Shown in pieces: positions 1 through 9,343 of a stretch of 64,000 nt of DNA (its first letter is position 1; each line of letters starts with the position of its first letter). A program made the translations under genes and the position numbers. The notes beneath the pieces were generated by a model. That model was not told the DNA's origin and made no database searches. It saw nothing but the letters and a program-made list of their open reading frames with translations. This DNA is from an uncultured Candidatus Saccharibacteria bacterium (GTDB taxonomy: Bacteria; Patescibacteriota; Saccharimonadia; UBA4664; CAZJNH01): positions 17,703 to 81,702 of the forward strand of contig CAZJNH010000005.1 of assembly GCA_964547425.1 (NCBI GenBank), written 5' to 3'.

Positions 1-479
1 CCGTTGGCCGAGTTAATCGACACCCCGGAAAAATCGCCGTTGGCTTCCATAGCGGCGGCCAGCTTGCTCACCAGCCGATAGTTCGGAGCCGTTCCGGTTA
101 CCTCCAGCAGTCCGCCTTCTCCGGCACTTAACGCGGTAACAAACACCGAATTCGGCGAAACTTTCTCTAACACCGCAAAGAACTTAGTCAAAAGAGTACG
201 ATTCTTGTATAGGCCGGGCAAAGCCTTGAGATTTTGCTGCAAAGTCAGCATGTCCTGCAAGTTCTCAGTTTGGACCAGCTGCGCCTGCTTGCTGTTTATA
301 CCCGACTGAACTCGATCGATAGCGAAGTGCTGGGCTTGGGTGACGAAAAATAAAACCACTATCAATCCGATCAATCCGCCGTTAATCGTAACCAGCAGCG
401 TAAAAATCAGTTGCTTCTTGCGAGTGTCCTGTACCTGGGTCTGCTTCTGGTCCGGAACCAGGTTAATCGCTACAGCCAT
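1..479 (-). CDS. pilN: Type IV pilus assembly protein PilN-like (3' end outside window)
   Basis: Hand-translated MAVAINLVPDQKQ..., then a TM helix and ...LEVTGTAPNY. The start codon abuts the pilM stop; the INL(V)P N-terminus is typical of PilN. Confidence 0.75.
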   Translation of the reverse strand, partial: MAVAINLVPDQKQTQVQDTRKKQLIFTLLVTINGGLIGLIVVLFFVTQAQHFAIDRVQSGINSKQAQLVQTENLQDMLTLQQNLKALPGLYKNRTLLTKFFAVLEKVSPNSVFVTALSAGEGGLLEVTGTAPNYRLVSKLAAAMEANGDFSGVSINSAN

Positions 480-1516
480 CAGCTAACCTCCATCTGGGCG
501 AGCCCCGCAGCTACCGCATATTGGCTAGCCGATGTGAGCAATTTTTCCTGCAGATTTGATGGATAAGATACGTTCTCCCAGGGGTTACCGACCTCAACGG
601 GCAGGTTCAAAATATTCGCCATATAAGTCGGGAACTGCGGCATCAAAGAAGATCCGCCGGTCAGTACCGCTTTCTCGATTTTGACGCCCGGGTGGTGTTC
701 ACCGAAGTACTGGATAGCTTTTTGGATTTCAGCGACCAGGGTGTCTAACATCGGCTTAACCCCGGCGAGGACTTGGCCCTCCAGCTTGTCCTGGGTTAAC
801 CCGAACTTGATGATAAATTGCTCGGCTTGGGTCTGCTCAACGCCAAGATGCTGGGCGACGGCCTTGGCAAAACTAAGGCCTCCCACCGGAATAGCTGCTA
901 TTAACCTCGGCACACCCTTAAGTTGTATGGTCAAATCCGTATTCAATCCGCCCATATCCAGAAGTATAACGCAACTTTCATCTGAAGACACTAATGCTTG
1001 GCTCATAGCTAAAGCGTTGGGTTCCAGGCCGACTAACGTCAGCCCGGCTTGCTCACAAATTTCCAGATACCGCTGGGCGGTACGGGTTGGGGTCGCGACG
1101 ATAAGTACCTCCATTTCCTTGGCCTGGTTGTCACCTTTTATGACCGACCAGTCGAGTTTCACCTGGTCGAGCGGTAGCGGGATGCTGCGCTCCGCCTGGT
1201 AGCGAATACCCTTTTCCACCTCCGAGTGGCTCATTTGCGGGACGACTATCACCGAGGAGTAAACCTTACTGGACGGAATACCTAGCACCGCCTGTTTCGT
1301 CGAAACGTTTGTCTCCGCAAGCAGCTGCGTAAGCTGCTGGACGAGGCTGGCGATATCGACCTCGGCGTCGCTTTGGGTCAGGTTTAGCGGCACCTTCATG
1401 TCGCCGAAGGTTACCAATAAAGGTTTACCGCCGCCGTGTTTTAACTGCACCAATCTGATGCCCGACGAACCGATGTCAATCCCAACAAAATTAGTCTCGC
1501 CACCCAGTAAGGCCAT
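479..1516 (-). CDS. pilM: Type IV pilus assembly protein PilM
   Basis: GIDIGSSGIRLVQL and LTGGSS actin-like motifs, VGNPW, YAVAAGLA C-terminus. Confidence 0.93.
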   Translation of the reverse strand: MALLGGETNFVGIDIGSSGIRLVQLKHGGGKPLLVTFGDMKVPLNLTQSDAEVDIASLVQQLTQLLAETNVSTKQAVLGIPSSKVYSSVIVVPQMSHSEVEKGIRYQAERSIPLPLDQVKLDWSVIKGDNQAKEMEVLIVATPTRTAQRYLEICEQAGLTLVGLEPNALAMSQALVSSDESCVILLDMGGLNTDLTIQLKGVPRLIAAIPVGGLSFAKAVAQHLGVEQTQAEQFIIKFGLTQDKLEGQVLAGVKPMLDTLVAEIQKAIQYFGEHHPGVKIEKAVLTGGSSLMPQFPTYMANILNLPVEVGNPWENVSYPSNLQEKLLTSASQYAVAAGLAQMEVS

Positions 1517-1566
1517 TACTTATCAATCATAAAGGATATGCACTTCGGGGTCTATACCATAAGCAT

Positions 1567-3744
1567 TTAGAAGAGTGGGGGCTGTTCGTTTTCGCTGAAC
1601 TGCAGCGTGCAGTCGGATTTTGTCGGATCGCAGTTTCCGGTGCCGGATGACAGAGTTAATCCCGGCGGTCCCGCGCCGACAAACACCAGGCCCATTTCTG
1701 GCCCGCCAATCTGTTCGGCGACAACCGGCCCCGCGGTTTTTGAGCCATCGCCTCTGCGCCAAAACAGCACGGCGTTAGCCGAAAGCAATCCGTGAACTTG
1801 GAGTTTTGCCTCACAAGGATTCCCGCCGCTTTTTGGTGATTTAGGGCAGGTCCAGATATTGCCTCTGAAGCAAGCCCTGAGAGCTCCGCGCCTGGCGCAT
1901 GGCCCAACGCCAGCGAAGTAGTAGCCGTCCAGATTGGTAACAGCTCCTGCGACCTTTAAGCTGGCGTAATCAACCAACGCGAACGAAGGCAGCTCGGAAG
2001 TGCTGCTAAAGCCGTTGCCGCCGTTGTCGTCGTATTTAATGTTACCGCCTATCCTAACGCTGTACCCAGCATTCTGAATCGGGTGGCAGCCGCCGCTGCA
2101 GCTGGTGCGGATTGGAATAGCCTGGATAACCAAGGTTTTGTGGCCGCGAATGATAATCGGGCCGCCGTTGGGGTTCCTAAGGTTAATCGGTTGGTTAAAA
2201 TCAACACTGCCATATAGCGACGGATTATTACAAATTTCTTGCCCGTCATAACTGATACAGTGCAGCGCCGGTGAAACATCCTCCAGTACATGGACGTAGC
2301 ACCATATCATCTGTTCCGGCTTACCTACACTTAACGGGTCCGTGCCGGCTAACATTCTGACGATTCTGGGTACATCTTTATTGCCGCAAGCGTCTTGGTC
2401 GTTGCCCTTACTACCGATGTAGATGACATTGCCTGAAGGCGAGTGAGATATATGTTTTCCCTTGCTGCGGCCCGCGAAATTGTTGGTGTAGTTAATCACG
2501 TTTTGCAATTCCAGCTGGCAAATCGGGAAGCCGTAGTTCATAGTCGGATCGCTCGATTGGCCAACTCGCAATCTGCTGGCCGGGTTCTGCGACCCTCCGG
2601 AACCAAAACCAAAAATTGGGCCTGTGGAGGAAATCACGGAGCTCACGCCGGACTGGTCAAAACTGCCGTGAACCGACTGCGGAACCAAGGAACCGAAGTT
2701 ACACTTCACCCTTTTGGATGTCCTTATCACTGCCCCGGAGTGGACATCACCATAAGTCGCTAAGTTATTGAAGATCGTTGTGAGGTACGGGATCCTTGGG
2801 CCGAGTGCCGGGGCGGAGGTGGAGCAAGCTTTGCTCACCATATTTAAAAGCCCGGTGGCATCCCACATCGTAAAGGTATAGGACTGTCCCGGCGACAGCC
2901 CGGTTACTGCTGGTGCCGTGCCCGGGCTGGTGGTAAACGGGTTGCCGGGTATAGGATTCCCATTTTCATCATCGATAGTAACGCTAGGTGTACCGCTAAA
3001 CGTGTAGCCCAAAGTAATCGACGTGTCGGTCGATGAATTGCAGGTAATTCTCCCGCTGGGTCCGGGAGTAGGCCTTGTCCGACAGCTGTCGGCGGCCAAG
3101 TTACTACCGCTACCGCTATCCCGCAAGGTGCCTTTATAGCTAGTCCCAGGCGAAAGACCCGTCTCGTCCCAATGCCCGCTGCCGTTGGGCGTGCTATAGC
3201 CCAAATCTTTGTAGTGGACGAGAACGCCGGCGCGGTAAAGTACCGGATCGTTAACGTTTTTCCAGGTTGCCCGCCACCTGATAGCTGTTTGACTCAGGGT
3301 AGTACATGTAACTGTGCCTGACCCACCGTTATTTCCCCCGCAACCGACAGGATTTAGATCGCCTTTAGTATCAATGGTACCGCCGCCATCAAAGGTTAGA
3401 GTGATTGTCGCTACGAGGGTCCCGTTTCGGCTGAAGGTCGTCCCTACTCCTTTACACAAAGCATTAGTGTTATCAGACCACTCTAGGCCTCCTCCAGTAG
3501 CCGGACCGGTAATAGCAATGTGATATTGGACATTGGCAATTGGTGTCGAGTAGGCAAAATAAGCATTAAAATTTTGACCGGTAACGCCCGTTAAAGAGAC
3601 CGTACACGATCCGCCGCTTGATAAGGCGACGCCTGAACTAGTGCAGACCGTGGCGGCTTGAGCAGGTGGTGGGTTAAACCCGTACAGCGCCAAAGAGGAA
3701 GCCAAGGTCAGTACCAACAGCCCAACTCGGCGGAAAAATCTCAT
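1567..3744 (-). CDS. Secreted Cys/Gly/Thr-rich protein with two FN3-like repeats (putative pilus-associated adhesin)
   Basis: Signal peptide ending AQA-A; TGLSPGTSY and TGLSPGQSYTFT FN3 signatures; directly upstream of pilM. Confidence 0.6.
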   Translation of the reverse strand: MRFFRRVGLLVLTLASSLALYGFNPPPAQAATVCTSSGVALSSGGSCTVSLTGVTGQNFNAYFAYSTPIANVQYHIAITGPATGGGLEWSDNTNALCKGVGTTFSRNGTLVATITLTFDGGGTIDTKGDLNPVGCGGNNGGSGTVTCTTLSQTAIRWRATWKNVNDPVLYRAGVLVHYKDLGYSTPNGSGHWDETGLSPGTSYKGTLRDSGSGSNLAADSCRTRPTPGPSGRITCNSSTDTSITLGYTFSGTPSVTIDDENGNPIPGNPFTTSPGTAPAVTGLSPGQSYTFTMWDATGLLNMVSKACSTSAPALGPRIPYLTTIFNNLATYGDVHSGAVIRTSKRVKCNFGSLVPQSVHGSFDQSGVSSVISSTGPIFGFGSGGSQNPASRLRVGQSSDPTMNYGFPICQLELQNVINYTNNFAGRSKGKHISHSPSGNVIYIGSKGNDQDACGNKDVPRIVRMLAGTDPLSVGKPEQMIWCYVHVLEDVSPALHCISYDGQEICNNPSLYGSVDFNQPINLRNPNGGPIIIRGHKTLVIQAIPIRTSCSGGCHPIQNAGYSVRIGGNIKYDDNGGNGFSSTSELPSFALVDYASLKVAGAVTNLDGYYFAGVGPCARRGALRACFRGNIWTCPKSPKSGGNPCEAKLQVHGLLSANAVLFWRRGDGSKTAGPVVAEQIGGPEMGLVFVGAGPPGLTLSSGTGNCDPTKSDCTLQFSENEQPPLF

Positions 3745-4247
3745 CGAACCGTCACCTGTTTAAACTCATGGGCATGCACAACCACTCCAGATGCGTCCTT
3801 AAAAAGCGAACCGTATTCGTACTTACCCGGATAAGCCGGCTCCGCGTAGACGGTAACCGTTCTAGTATCTCCAGCTTCAATGTTACCCACCTCAAACACC
3901 CCCGTCGAACTGCCCTGATCGGATTCGATGCTTAGCAGTTTGGCCGAGGCAGAGCCGGTCATTTGGCCAACCCCGTCGAGTGTTAGTTTGACGTCCTTCC
4001 AGTTGGCTTTGGTCTGGTTCTTAAGGACATAAACCAGGGTGACTCGGCGGCTCGAGGCTGACGGCTTCTTGGTTTTAAGTGTGGTTAGGAAAGGCAGTAC
4101 CAAGAAGAAGAGCACGAGAATAATGGCAAGTAGACCTAAGCCCATTAATATATATCGGCTTGGTTTTTTGACGTCTGGACCCACCTCTGCCAGTCCCGCC
4201 TGTTTGAATACCTGGCGAAACCGTTTCTGAAACCTCTTAAGCTTCAT
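3741..4247 (-). CDS. Membrane-anchored protein with an Ig-like C-terminal domain
   Basis: One TM helix; beta-rich VGNIEAGDTRTVTV (DUF11/CARDB-like); start moved to the ATG after a TATGCT -10 box. Confidence 0.55.
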   Translation of the reverse strand: MKLKRFQKRFRQVFKQAGLAEVGPDVKKPSRYILMGLGLLAIILVLFFLVLPFLTTLKTKKPSASSRRVTLVYVLKNQTKANWKDVKLTLDGVGQMTGSASAKLLSIESDQGSSTGVFEVGNIEAGDTRTVTVYAEPAYPGKYEYGSLFKDASGVVVHAHEFKQVTVR

Positions 4248-4289
4248 CGAGCTTAAGCATAGCACCAGCCAGGGACTAGGGTCTAGGGC

Positions 4290-5012
4290 TTAGGTTTTAG
4301 CGTCAAGGAGGTAAAATCGTTCGCGGTTGCCTTGGGCGCCGGTGACCTCCGAGTCCGCGGAGCCAATGATTTCGTAATGTTCCCGAAGCCAGGTCTCTAG
4401 ATCATCCAGGATTTGCTGGCGGACGGTTTCGTCTTTGATAACACCGCTATAGCGATCGGCGATTTGTTTGCTGGCCTCGAACTGAGGTTTGGCCATCGCG
4501 ACGATTAAGCCATCACGAGTCAAGAGTCGGGACACAGGAATCAGGATTTTAGTCAGCGAGATGAAAGAAACATCAATCAATGCGAGGTCGGCTTTCTCAG
4601 GCAACTCCACTTTTCGGATGTCCGTCTTTTCCAATACCACGACTCGCGAGTCGTTTCTTAACTTTTGGTCGAGTTGGTTGGTGCCGACGTCGACGGCGTA
4701 GACTTTTGCCGCACTGTTCTGGAGAGCGTAGTCGGTGAAGCCTCCGGTTGAGGAGCCAACATCAAGGACGGTTTTGCCGTTGAAGTCGATTGCTAATTTC
4801 TTAGCCACCGACGCCATCTTCAAACCACCGCGCGAGACGTATTTGGGGCCTTGATCGATTCGGATTTCCAGATCACCAGAAACTAAGTGGCCGGCTTTTG
4901 TGGCCGGCATTCCGTCGACATTTACCCTCCCAGCCATAATCAAAGCCTGAGCCTTCGCACGGGTTTCCGCCAAACCCTTCTCAACCAGCAATAAATCTAA
5001 TCTCTGCTTCAT
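4290..5012 (-). CDS. tlyA: TlyA family rRNA 2'-O-methyltransferase
   Basis: S4 domain RLDLLL, YVSRGGLK, LDVGSSTGGFTD, DVSFISL, KPQFE. Confidence 0.95.
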   Translation of the reverse strand: MKQRLDLLLVEKGLAETRAKAQALIMAGRVNVDGMPATKAGHLVSGDLEIRIDQGPKYVSRGGLKMASVAKKLAIDFNGKTVLDVGSSTGGFTDYALQNSAAKVYAVDVGTNQLDQKLRNDSRVVVLEKTDIRKVELPEKADLALIDVSFISLTKILIPVSRLLTRDGLIVAMAKPQFEASKQIADRYSGVIKDETVRQQILDDLETWLREHYEIIGSADSEVTGAQGNRERFYLLDAKT

Positions 5013-5035
5013 AACAAGTACCACTTAAGTCCGAC

Positions 5036-5596
5036 TTATTTGGCGCGTTCGATGTAGGCGCCGGTCCGCGTGTCGACCTTGAGCAAGTCGCCCACTTTAA
5101 CAAATAGCGGCACGTTCACCTTTAGCCCGGTTTCCAGAGTACAAACCTTAGTCGCGGCCGTGGCGGTGTTGCCTTTAACTCCGGGTTCGCAATCCGTCGC
5201 TTTAAGCACGACATTCTTGGGTAATTGGACTTCAATAATTTTGCCGCCTGAGCTCTGCAATATCACCTCGGAGCCTTCGGTTAGGTAGTTAGCCATGTCA
5301 CTAACGACATCGGACGATATTTGGTGCTGGTCGTAGGACTGCTGGTCCATAAACACAAAGTCCGAACCTTCTTTATATAAGTACTGCGCGGTCCGGTTTG
5401 TGACGCTGGCTGGCGAAATTTTTTCCGCGGGCCGAAACGTCTTTTCCAAAAGCGCGCCGTTGAGCAAATTTTTTACACGGGTTCGCATGACAGCACCGCC
5501 CCGGCCCATCGAAACATGCTGGGTCGAGACGACCTTGTGGGGTGCGCCGTCGATCTCAATTAAGAGCTCTTTTCGCAGGTCGCTGATCGAGTACAT
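5036..5596 (-). CDS. efp: Elongation factor P
   Basis: HVSMGRGGA loop (Arg at the modified position), PGVKGNTA, LETGLKVNVPLFV, DTRTGAY. Confidence 0.96.
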   Translation of the reverse strand: MYSISDLRKELLIEIDGAPHKVVSTQHVSMGRGGAVMRTRVKNLLNGALLEKTFRPAEKISPASVTNRTAQYLYKEGSDFVFMDQQSYDQHQISSDVVSDMANYLTEGSEVILQSSGGKIIEVQLPKNVVLKATDCEPGVKGNTATAATKVCTLETGLKVNVPLFVKVGDLLKVDTRTGAYIERAK

Positions 5597-5600
5597 TGCC

Positions 5601-5819
5601 CTACCTAACTACAAACGGTAAGAGAGCAATTTGGCGCGCGCGCTTGAGCGCTAGCGCAACTTTGCGTTGGTGCCGGGTGCAAGTTCCGGTGCGTTTTCGC
5701 GGTTCAATTTTGCCGTAAGTATTTAGGAATCGCTGCAAAAGTTTGACGTCTTTGTAATCAACTTCGTCGACTTTTTCGACGCAGAATCGGCAGACTTTTC
5801 GTCCAAAATGAACAGCCAT
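5601..5819 (-). CDS. rpsR: 30S ribosomal protein S18 (Zn-binding type)
   Basis: [30 protein letters not shown]. Confidence 0.97.
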   Translation of the reverse strand: MAVHFGRKVCRFCVEKVDEVDYKDVKLLQRFLNTYGKIEPRKRTGTCTRHQRKVALALKRARQIALLPFVVR

Positions 5820-6325
5820 TAGAATGGGATGTCGTCGAGGTTAACTTCGGAGCCTGCATCCAGGTCTTCAATTACGACGTCCTTCTCTTTAGTTTTGGCC
5901 GGTGCCGGCTTTTCATCAGCTGGAAGCTGCGAACCTTCGGCTTCAGACGCGGCAGGTACCGGAGCGGAATAGCTACTGCCACCACTACCTTCACCTGGGC
6001 GGTCGAGGAAGTTAATGTCACTAGCCACAATCTCGGTCCGCTGCCGCTTCACGCCGTCCTTTTCCCAGCTTTGGGTTTGCAAGCGGCCAGCGACCATTAC
6101 CTTGCGGCCTTTGGCCAAGTACTGCGACGCCAATTCACCGAGCTTACCCCAGGCGACGATGTCGTGGTACTCCACCTCTTCGCGCTTTTCCCCGGAGGCG
6201 TCGTTCCAGCTGCGGTTTGTAGCCACGGCAAACGAAGCCACCGACTGGCCATTTGGCGTAGTCCGCAGTTCGGGGTCGCGGGTTAGATTACCCATTACGA
6301 TCGCTTGATTAAATGATTTAGCCAT
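5819..6325 (-). CDS. ssb: Single-stranded DNA-binding protein
   Basis: [12 protein letters not shown] and C-terminal DDIPF. Confidence 0.97.
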   Translation of the reverse strand: MAKSFNQAIVMGNLTRDPELRTTPNGQSVASFAVATNRSWNDASGEKREEVEYHDIVAWGKLGELASQYLAKGRKVMVAGRLQTQSWEKDGVKRQRTEIVASDINFLDRPGEGSGGSSYSAPVPAASEAEGSQLPADEKPAPAKTKEKDVVIEDLDAGSEVNLDDIPF

Positions 6326-6695
6326 TTACGGCCTCCTTCTCCTCTTCGGCCGGAGCTTCAACTTCGGCTTCAGTTTTGGCTTTCTTTGCCTTGCCGGGCT
6401 TAGCCGGCTTAATATCGGGTGATTTGACTAATAAATAGCGGATGACTTCTTCGCTCAAGCGAAGAGCCCGGTTTAGGGCATCCGTCTTGTCGGGATCGAT
6501 TTGAACCACAAAAAAGACGTACACGGCAAACTGATGGGCGCCAATTTCGTACGCCAAACGCTTTTTGCCCCAGTTGTCCCTTTTAATAACTTTGCCGCCC
6601 AAATCGGCGATTTGGCTCTCCAGTTTCTTGACTGGGGTGTCCAAGTCGATCTCCAGATCCGGATGCAGCAGTACGACCAGTTCGTATTCGCGCAT
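6318..6695 (-). CDS. rpsF: 30S ribosomal protein S6
   Basis: MREYELVVLL, WGKKRLAYEI; rpsF-ssb-rpsR operon. Confidence 0.97.
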   Translation of the reverse strand: MREYELVVLLHPDLEIDLDTPVKKLESQIADLGGKVIKRDNWGKKRLAYEIGAHQFAVYVFFVVQIDPDKTDALNRALRLSEEVIRYLLVKSPDIKPAKPGKAKKAKTEAEVEAPAEEEKEAVNG

Positions 6696-6750
6696 AAAAA
6701 AATTCCTTCCTTCGGCCTAAGCCCCGCGTCTGGCGCAGGGAAAAAGGGTT
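6696..6750 (-). promoter_or_regulatory. Putative S6:S18-responsive leader hairpin
   Basis: Minus strand CCCTTTTTCCCTGCG-CCAGA-CGCGGGG...GAAGGAAGG; the pyrimidine tract can pair with the SD of rpsF. Confidence 0.4.
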
Positions 6751-6809
6751 ATTTGACCAAGAAATTGTACCCGTTCCCAAGGGGGTTGGTCAAGGACTAG
6801 AATGGGGAT

Positions 6810-7334
6810 ATGTACACTCTAGGGTCACACTTAGCTAACGCGCAGGTTTTTTCGCTGCAGTCCGGGCACGCTATCGCCAAGGTCAGCGGGCAAATCATTG
6901 AACCCTCGACTCTCGAACTGGCAGCGTTTTACGTTAACTCCCCCAAATCGCCCCAAACCGTTGTCTTGGCGCGGGATATCCGCCGGCTGACACCCGATAC
7001 CGTTGTCGTTGACTCGAGTGAGGACCTAGAAGATCCGGCCGAGATCGTTAGGCTCCAGGAGCTTATTCAGCGTAAATTCTCGCTTCAGGGTATCAAGGTA
7101 GTTAGCGAATCCGGCCAGAAGCTGGGCAAGGTTGGTGACTATACCGTCAGCCTTTCCACCTACAAGGTCCAAAAGATCTATGTTAAGCCGTCGTTGATGA
7201 AGGCTTTTCTTGCCAACAGTTTAATCATCGACCGAGCGCAGATCGTTGACGTCACCAACCAGAAAATCACTGTTCGAGACGGAACGGTCAGTGCTAGAGG
7301 CATGGCATCGATTAAGGCTTTGCCGACTGATTGA
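6810..7334 (+). CDS. PRC-barrel domain protein
   Basis: GIKVVSESGQKLGKVGD PRC-barrel motif, tandem barrels; TAGAAT 6 nt upstream. Confidence 0.75.
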   Translation: MYTLGSHLANAQVFSLQSGHAIAKVSGQIIEPSTLELAAFYVNSPKSPQTVVLARDIRRLTPDTVVVDSSEDLEDPAEIVRLQELIQRKFSLQGIKVVSESGQKLGKVGDYTVSLSTYKVQKIYVKPSLMKAFLANSLIIDRAQIVDVTNQKITVRDGTVSARGMASIKALPTD

Positions 7335-7336
7335 AT

Positions 7337-7399
7337 AAGGTCTCTCCCTTTTTCGTCTAAACACGAATTACTTAGGTCGTATAGGGAGAGACCTTTTTT
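7337..7399 (+). terminator. Long hairpin/intrinsic terminator
   Basis: AAGGTCTCTCCCT (7337-49) pairs with AGGGAGAGACCTT (7383-95), followed by a T-run. Confidence 0.6.
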
Positions 7400-7473
7400 C
7401 GTCTGGATTAGCCCCGCTAAAAGGGTTGTGCTTCAAAAATCCTTAAGCTATCATTGAGCCACTAAGAGGGGTT

Positions 7474-7548
7474 GTGGTGGTTATAGTACTGCTCTGGGCG
7501 TTCGCCTTCGTTCTGGCGTTTCGGTTACTCGCGACCAGCAACAGCTAG
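7474..7548 (+). CDS. 24-aa hydrophobic microprotein MVVIVLLWAFAFVLAFRLLATSNS
   Basis: TTGTGC-17-TATCAT promoter, AAGAGGGG SD, single TM helix; not in the ORF track. Confidence 0.45.
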   Translation: MVVIVLLWAFAFVLAFRLLATSNS

Positions 7549-8219
7549 TCAATTTCTAGCTCGGATAAAGCTGTTTTTACCTGCGAATAACTAAAGCCCT
7601 GTTTAACTAAATACTCGATGAGTTTTGGCTGATCTCTTCGAGCCTGAGCGATCTGTTCAGGGCTTTTTGTTGTTGAGGCCTCAGAGCCGAAGGCCTGGTA
7701 CTTTACCAGGTTCAGTTTTTTGCGCGCGATATCCTTGATTGCTTGGGTCTCGGCCTCCTCATCCACCTCAGACAATGCCGACTCAATCGCGACCTCGTCC
7801 ACACCTTTCTGCCGCAACTCGGATAGTAACTTCCGGCGGCTGGCCGGTTTCAGCAGCCGCCGGCTTTCGACCCAGGACTTGGCAAAGCCTTCATCGCTCA
7901 ATAACCCCTGCGACAATAGCCGCTCGGTAACCAGCTCTATTTCTTCGACCGGATGGCCTTTCTTGAGCAAATGGTCCTTTGTTTCTTTGGCCGACCGCGG
8001 CCGAAAACTCAAGTAGTGGATGGCTTGGTCATACACCTTCGATTGGCTCGACAAGGCCTTCAGCTTAGAAAGTTGGTCGTCGTCCAGCTCGTCCCCGCGA
8101 TTGATGGCAGACGAAACCAATTCGGCTTCAGGCAAAGAGAAGCTATACTCCCCATCAACAAAAATAGAGTAGCGGTTTTGGCGTTTTACCTGCTGCTCTA
8201 TTTTTGTAATCTTCGGCAT
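7545..8219 (-). CDS. recX: Regulatory protein RecX
   Basis: YLSFRPRS..E, LSDEGFA, ELRQKGV, YLVKQGFS; downstream of recA. Confidence 0.92.
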   Translation of the reverse strand: MPKITKIEQQVKRQNRYSIFVDGEYSFSLPEAELVSSAINRGDELDDDQLSKLKALSSQSKVYDQAIHYLSFRPRSAKETKDHLLKKGHPVEEIELVTERLLSQGLLSDEGFAKSWVESRRLLKPASRRKLLSELRQKGVDEVAIESALSEVDEEAETQAIKDIARKKLNLVKYQAFGSEASTTKSPEQIAQARRDQPKLIEYLVKQGFSYSQVKTALSELEID

Positions 8220-8228
8220 ACTGCCGGA

Positions 8229-9269
8229 TTAAGCTGAAGCGACGAGTTTGCGGATCTCTCTTTCGAGGTCGGCCTTAACCTTGGGCGTGTCTTTGAGGAA
8301 CTGCTTGGCGGCTTCGCGGCCTTGGCCGATCTTTTCGCCTTTGTATTCGTACCAGGCTCCGCTTTTGTTGACCAGTTCGTACTTCACAGCGAGGTCGAGA
8401 ACCTCACCTTCGACGGAGATACCAACGTTGTACATCACATCGAACTCAGCTACCCGGAATGGCGGAGCCACCTTGTTTTTGACGACTTTCACCCGGACTT
8501 TACTGCCAATAACTTGCTCGCCGTCTTTGATCTGCTCAATTCGGCGAATATCTAGCCGCACTGAAGAGTAATACTTCAGCGCCTGCCCGCCGGCGGTGGT
8601 CTCGGGGTTGCCGAACATTACGCCGATCTTCATCCGCAATTGGTTAATGAATATAACGGTGGTCTTGGACTTAGAAATAGCACCCGTTAGCTTGCGCAGA
8701 GCCTGGCTCATTAGCCGGGCCTGCAAGCCCATATGCGAGTCGCCCATGTCGCCCTCGATCTCCATACGCGGCACCAGAGCCGCCACAGAGTCGACAACCA
8801 CGACATCAACGGCGTTCGACCGCACGAGCGTTTCAGTGATCTCCAGGGCCTGCTCGCCGGTGTCCGGCTGAGAAATAAGTAAGTCGTCGAGGTTTACGCC
8901 AATCTTCGCGGCATATTCAGGATCCAAAGCGTGCTCGGCGTCAACGAACGCAGCCAAGCCACCCTTCTTCTGGACTTGTGCCACAGAGTGCAAAGCCAAT
9001 GTCGTCTTTCCGCTCGACTCCGGACCATAAATCTCAATAATCCGGCCCTTAGGTATGCCCCCGCCGAGCGCCAGGTCCAAGCCCAAACTTCCGGTCGACA
9101 TCGTTTCAATATCAATCTTGTGGTGCTCGCCCAGCTTCATAATTGAGCCTGCCCCAAACTGCTTTTCGATTTGCGCGACGGCCAGTTCTACCGCTTTTTT
9201 GCGTTGGCCCTTCTCGCTTTTGTCTTCTTTTTCCACTGTCTCTGGCTTCTCCAGTAATGCATTTGTCAT
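8229..9269 (-). CDS. recA: Recombinase RecA
   Basis: [29 protein letters not shown]. Confidence 0.99.
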   Translation of the reverse strand: MTNALLEKPETVEKEDKSEKGQRKKAVELAVAQIEKQFGAGSIMKLGEHHKIDIETMSTGSLGLDLALGGGIPKGRIIEIYGPESSGKTTLALHSVAQVQKKGGLAAFVDAEHALDPEYAAKIGVNLDDLLISQPDTGEQALEITETLVRSNAVDVVVVDSVAALVPRMEIEGDMGDSHMGLQARLMSQALRKLTGAISKSKTTVIFINQLRMKIGVMFGNPETTAGGQALKYYSSVRLDIRRIEQIKDGEQVIGSKVRVKVVKNKVAPPFRVAEFDVMYNVGISVEGEVLDLAVKYELVNKSGAWYEYKGEKIGQGREAAKQFLKDTPKVKADLEREIRKLVASA

Positions 9270-9309
9270 TTTAACTTCGTTCGCTCCTTTACGCTAATGT
9301 GTAATCAGC

Positions 9310-9339
9310 ACTATAGCGAACAAACACCGAACATGTCAA
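9310..9339 (-). promoter_or_regulatory. recA promoter with a possible SOS operator
   Basis: TTGACA-18-TATAGT; GAAC-N7-GAAC (9318-9332) lies in the spacer. Confidence 0.6.
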
Positions 9340-9343
9340 GCCT

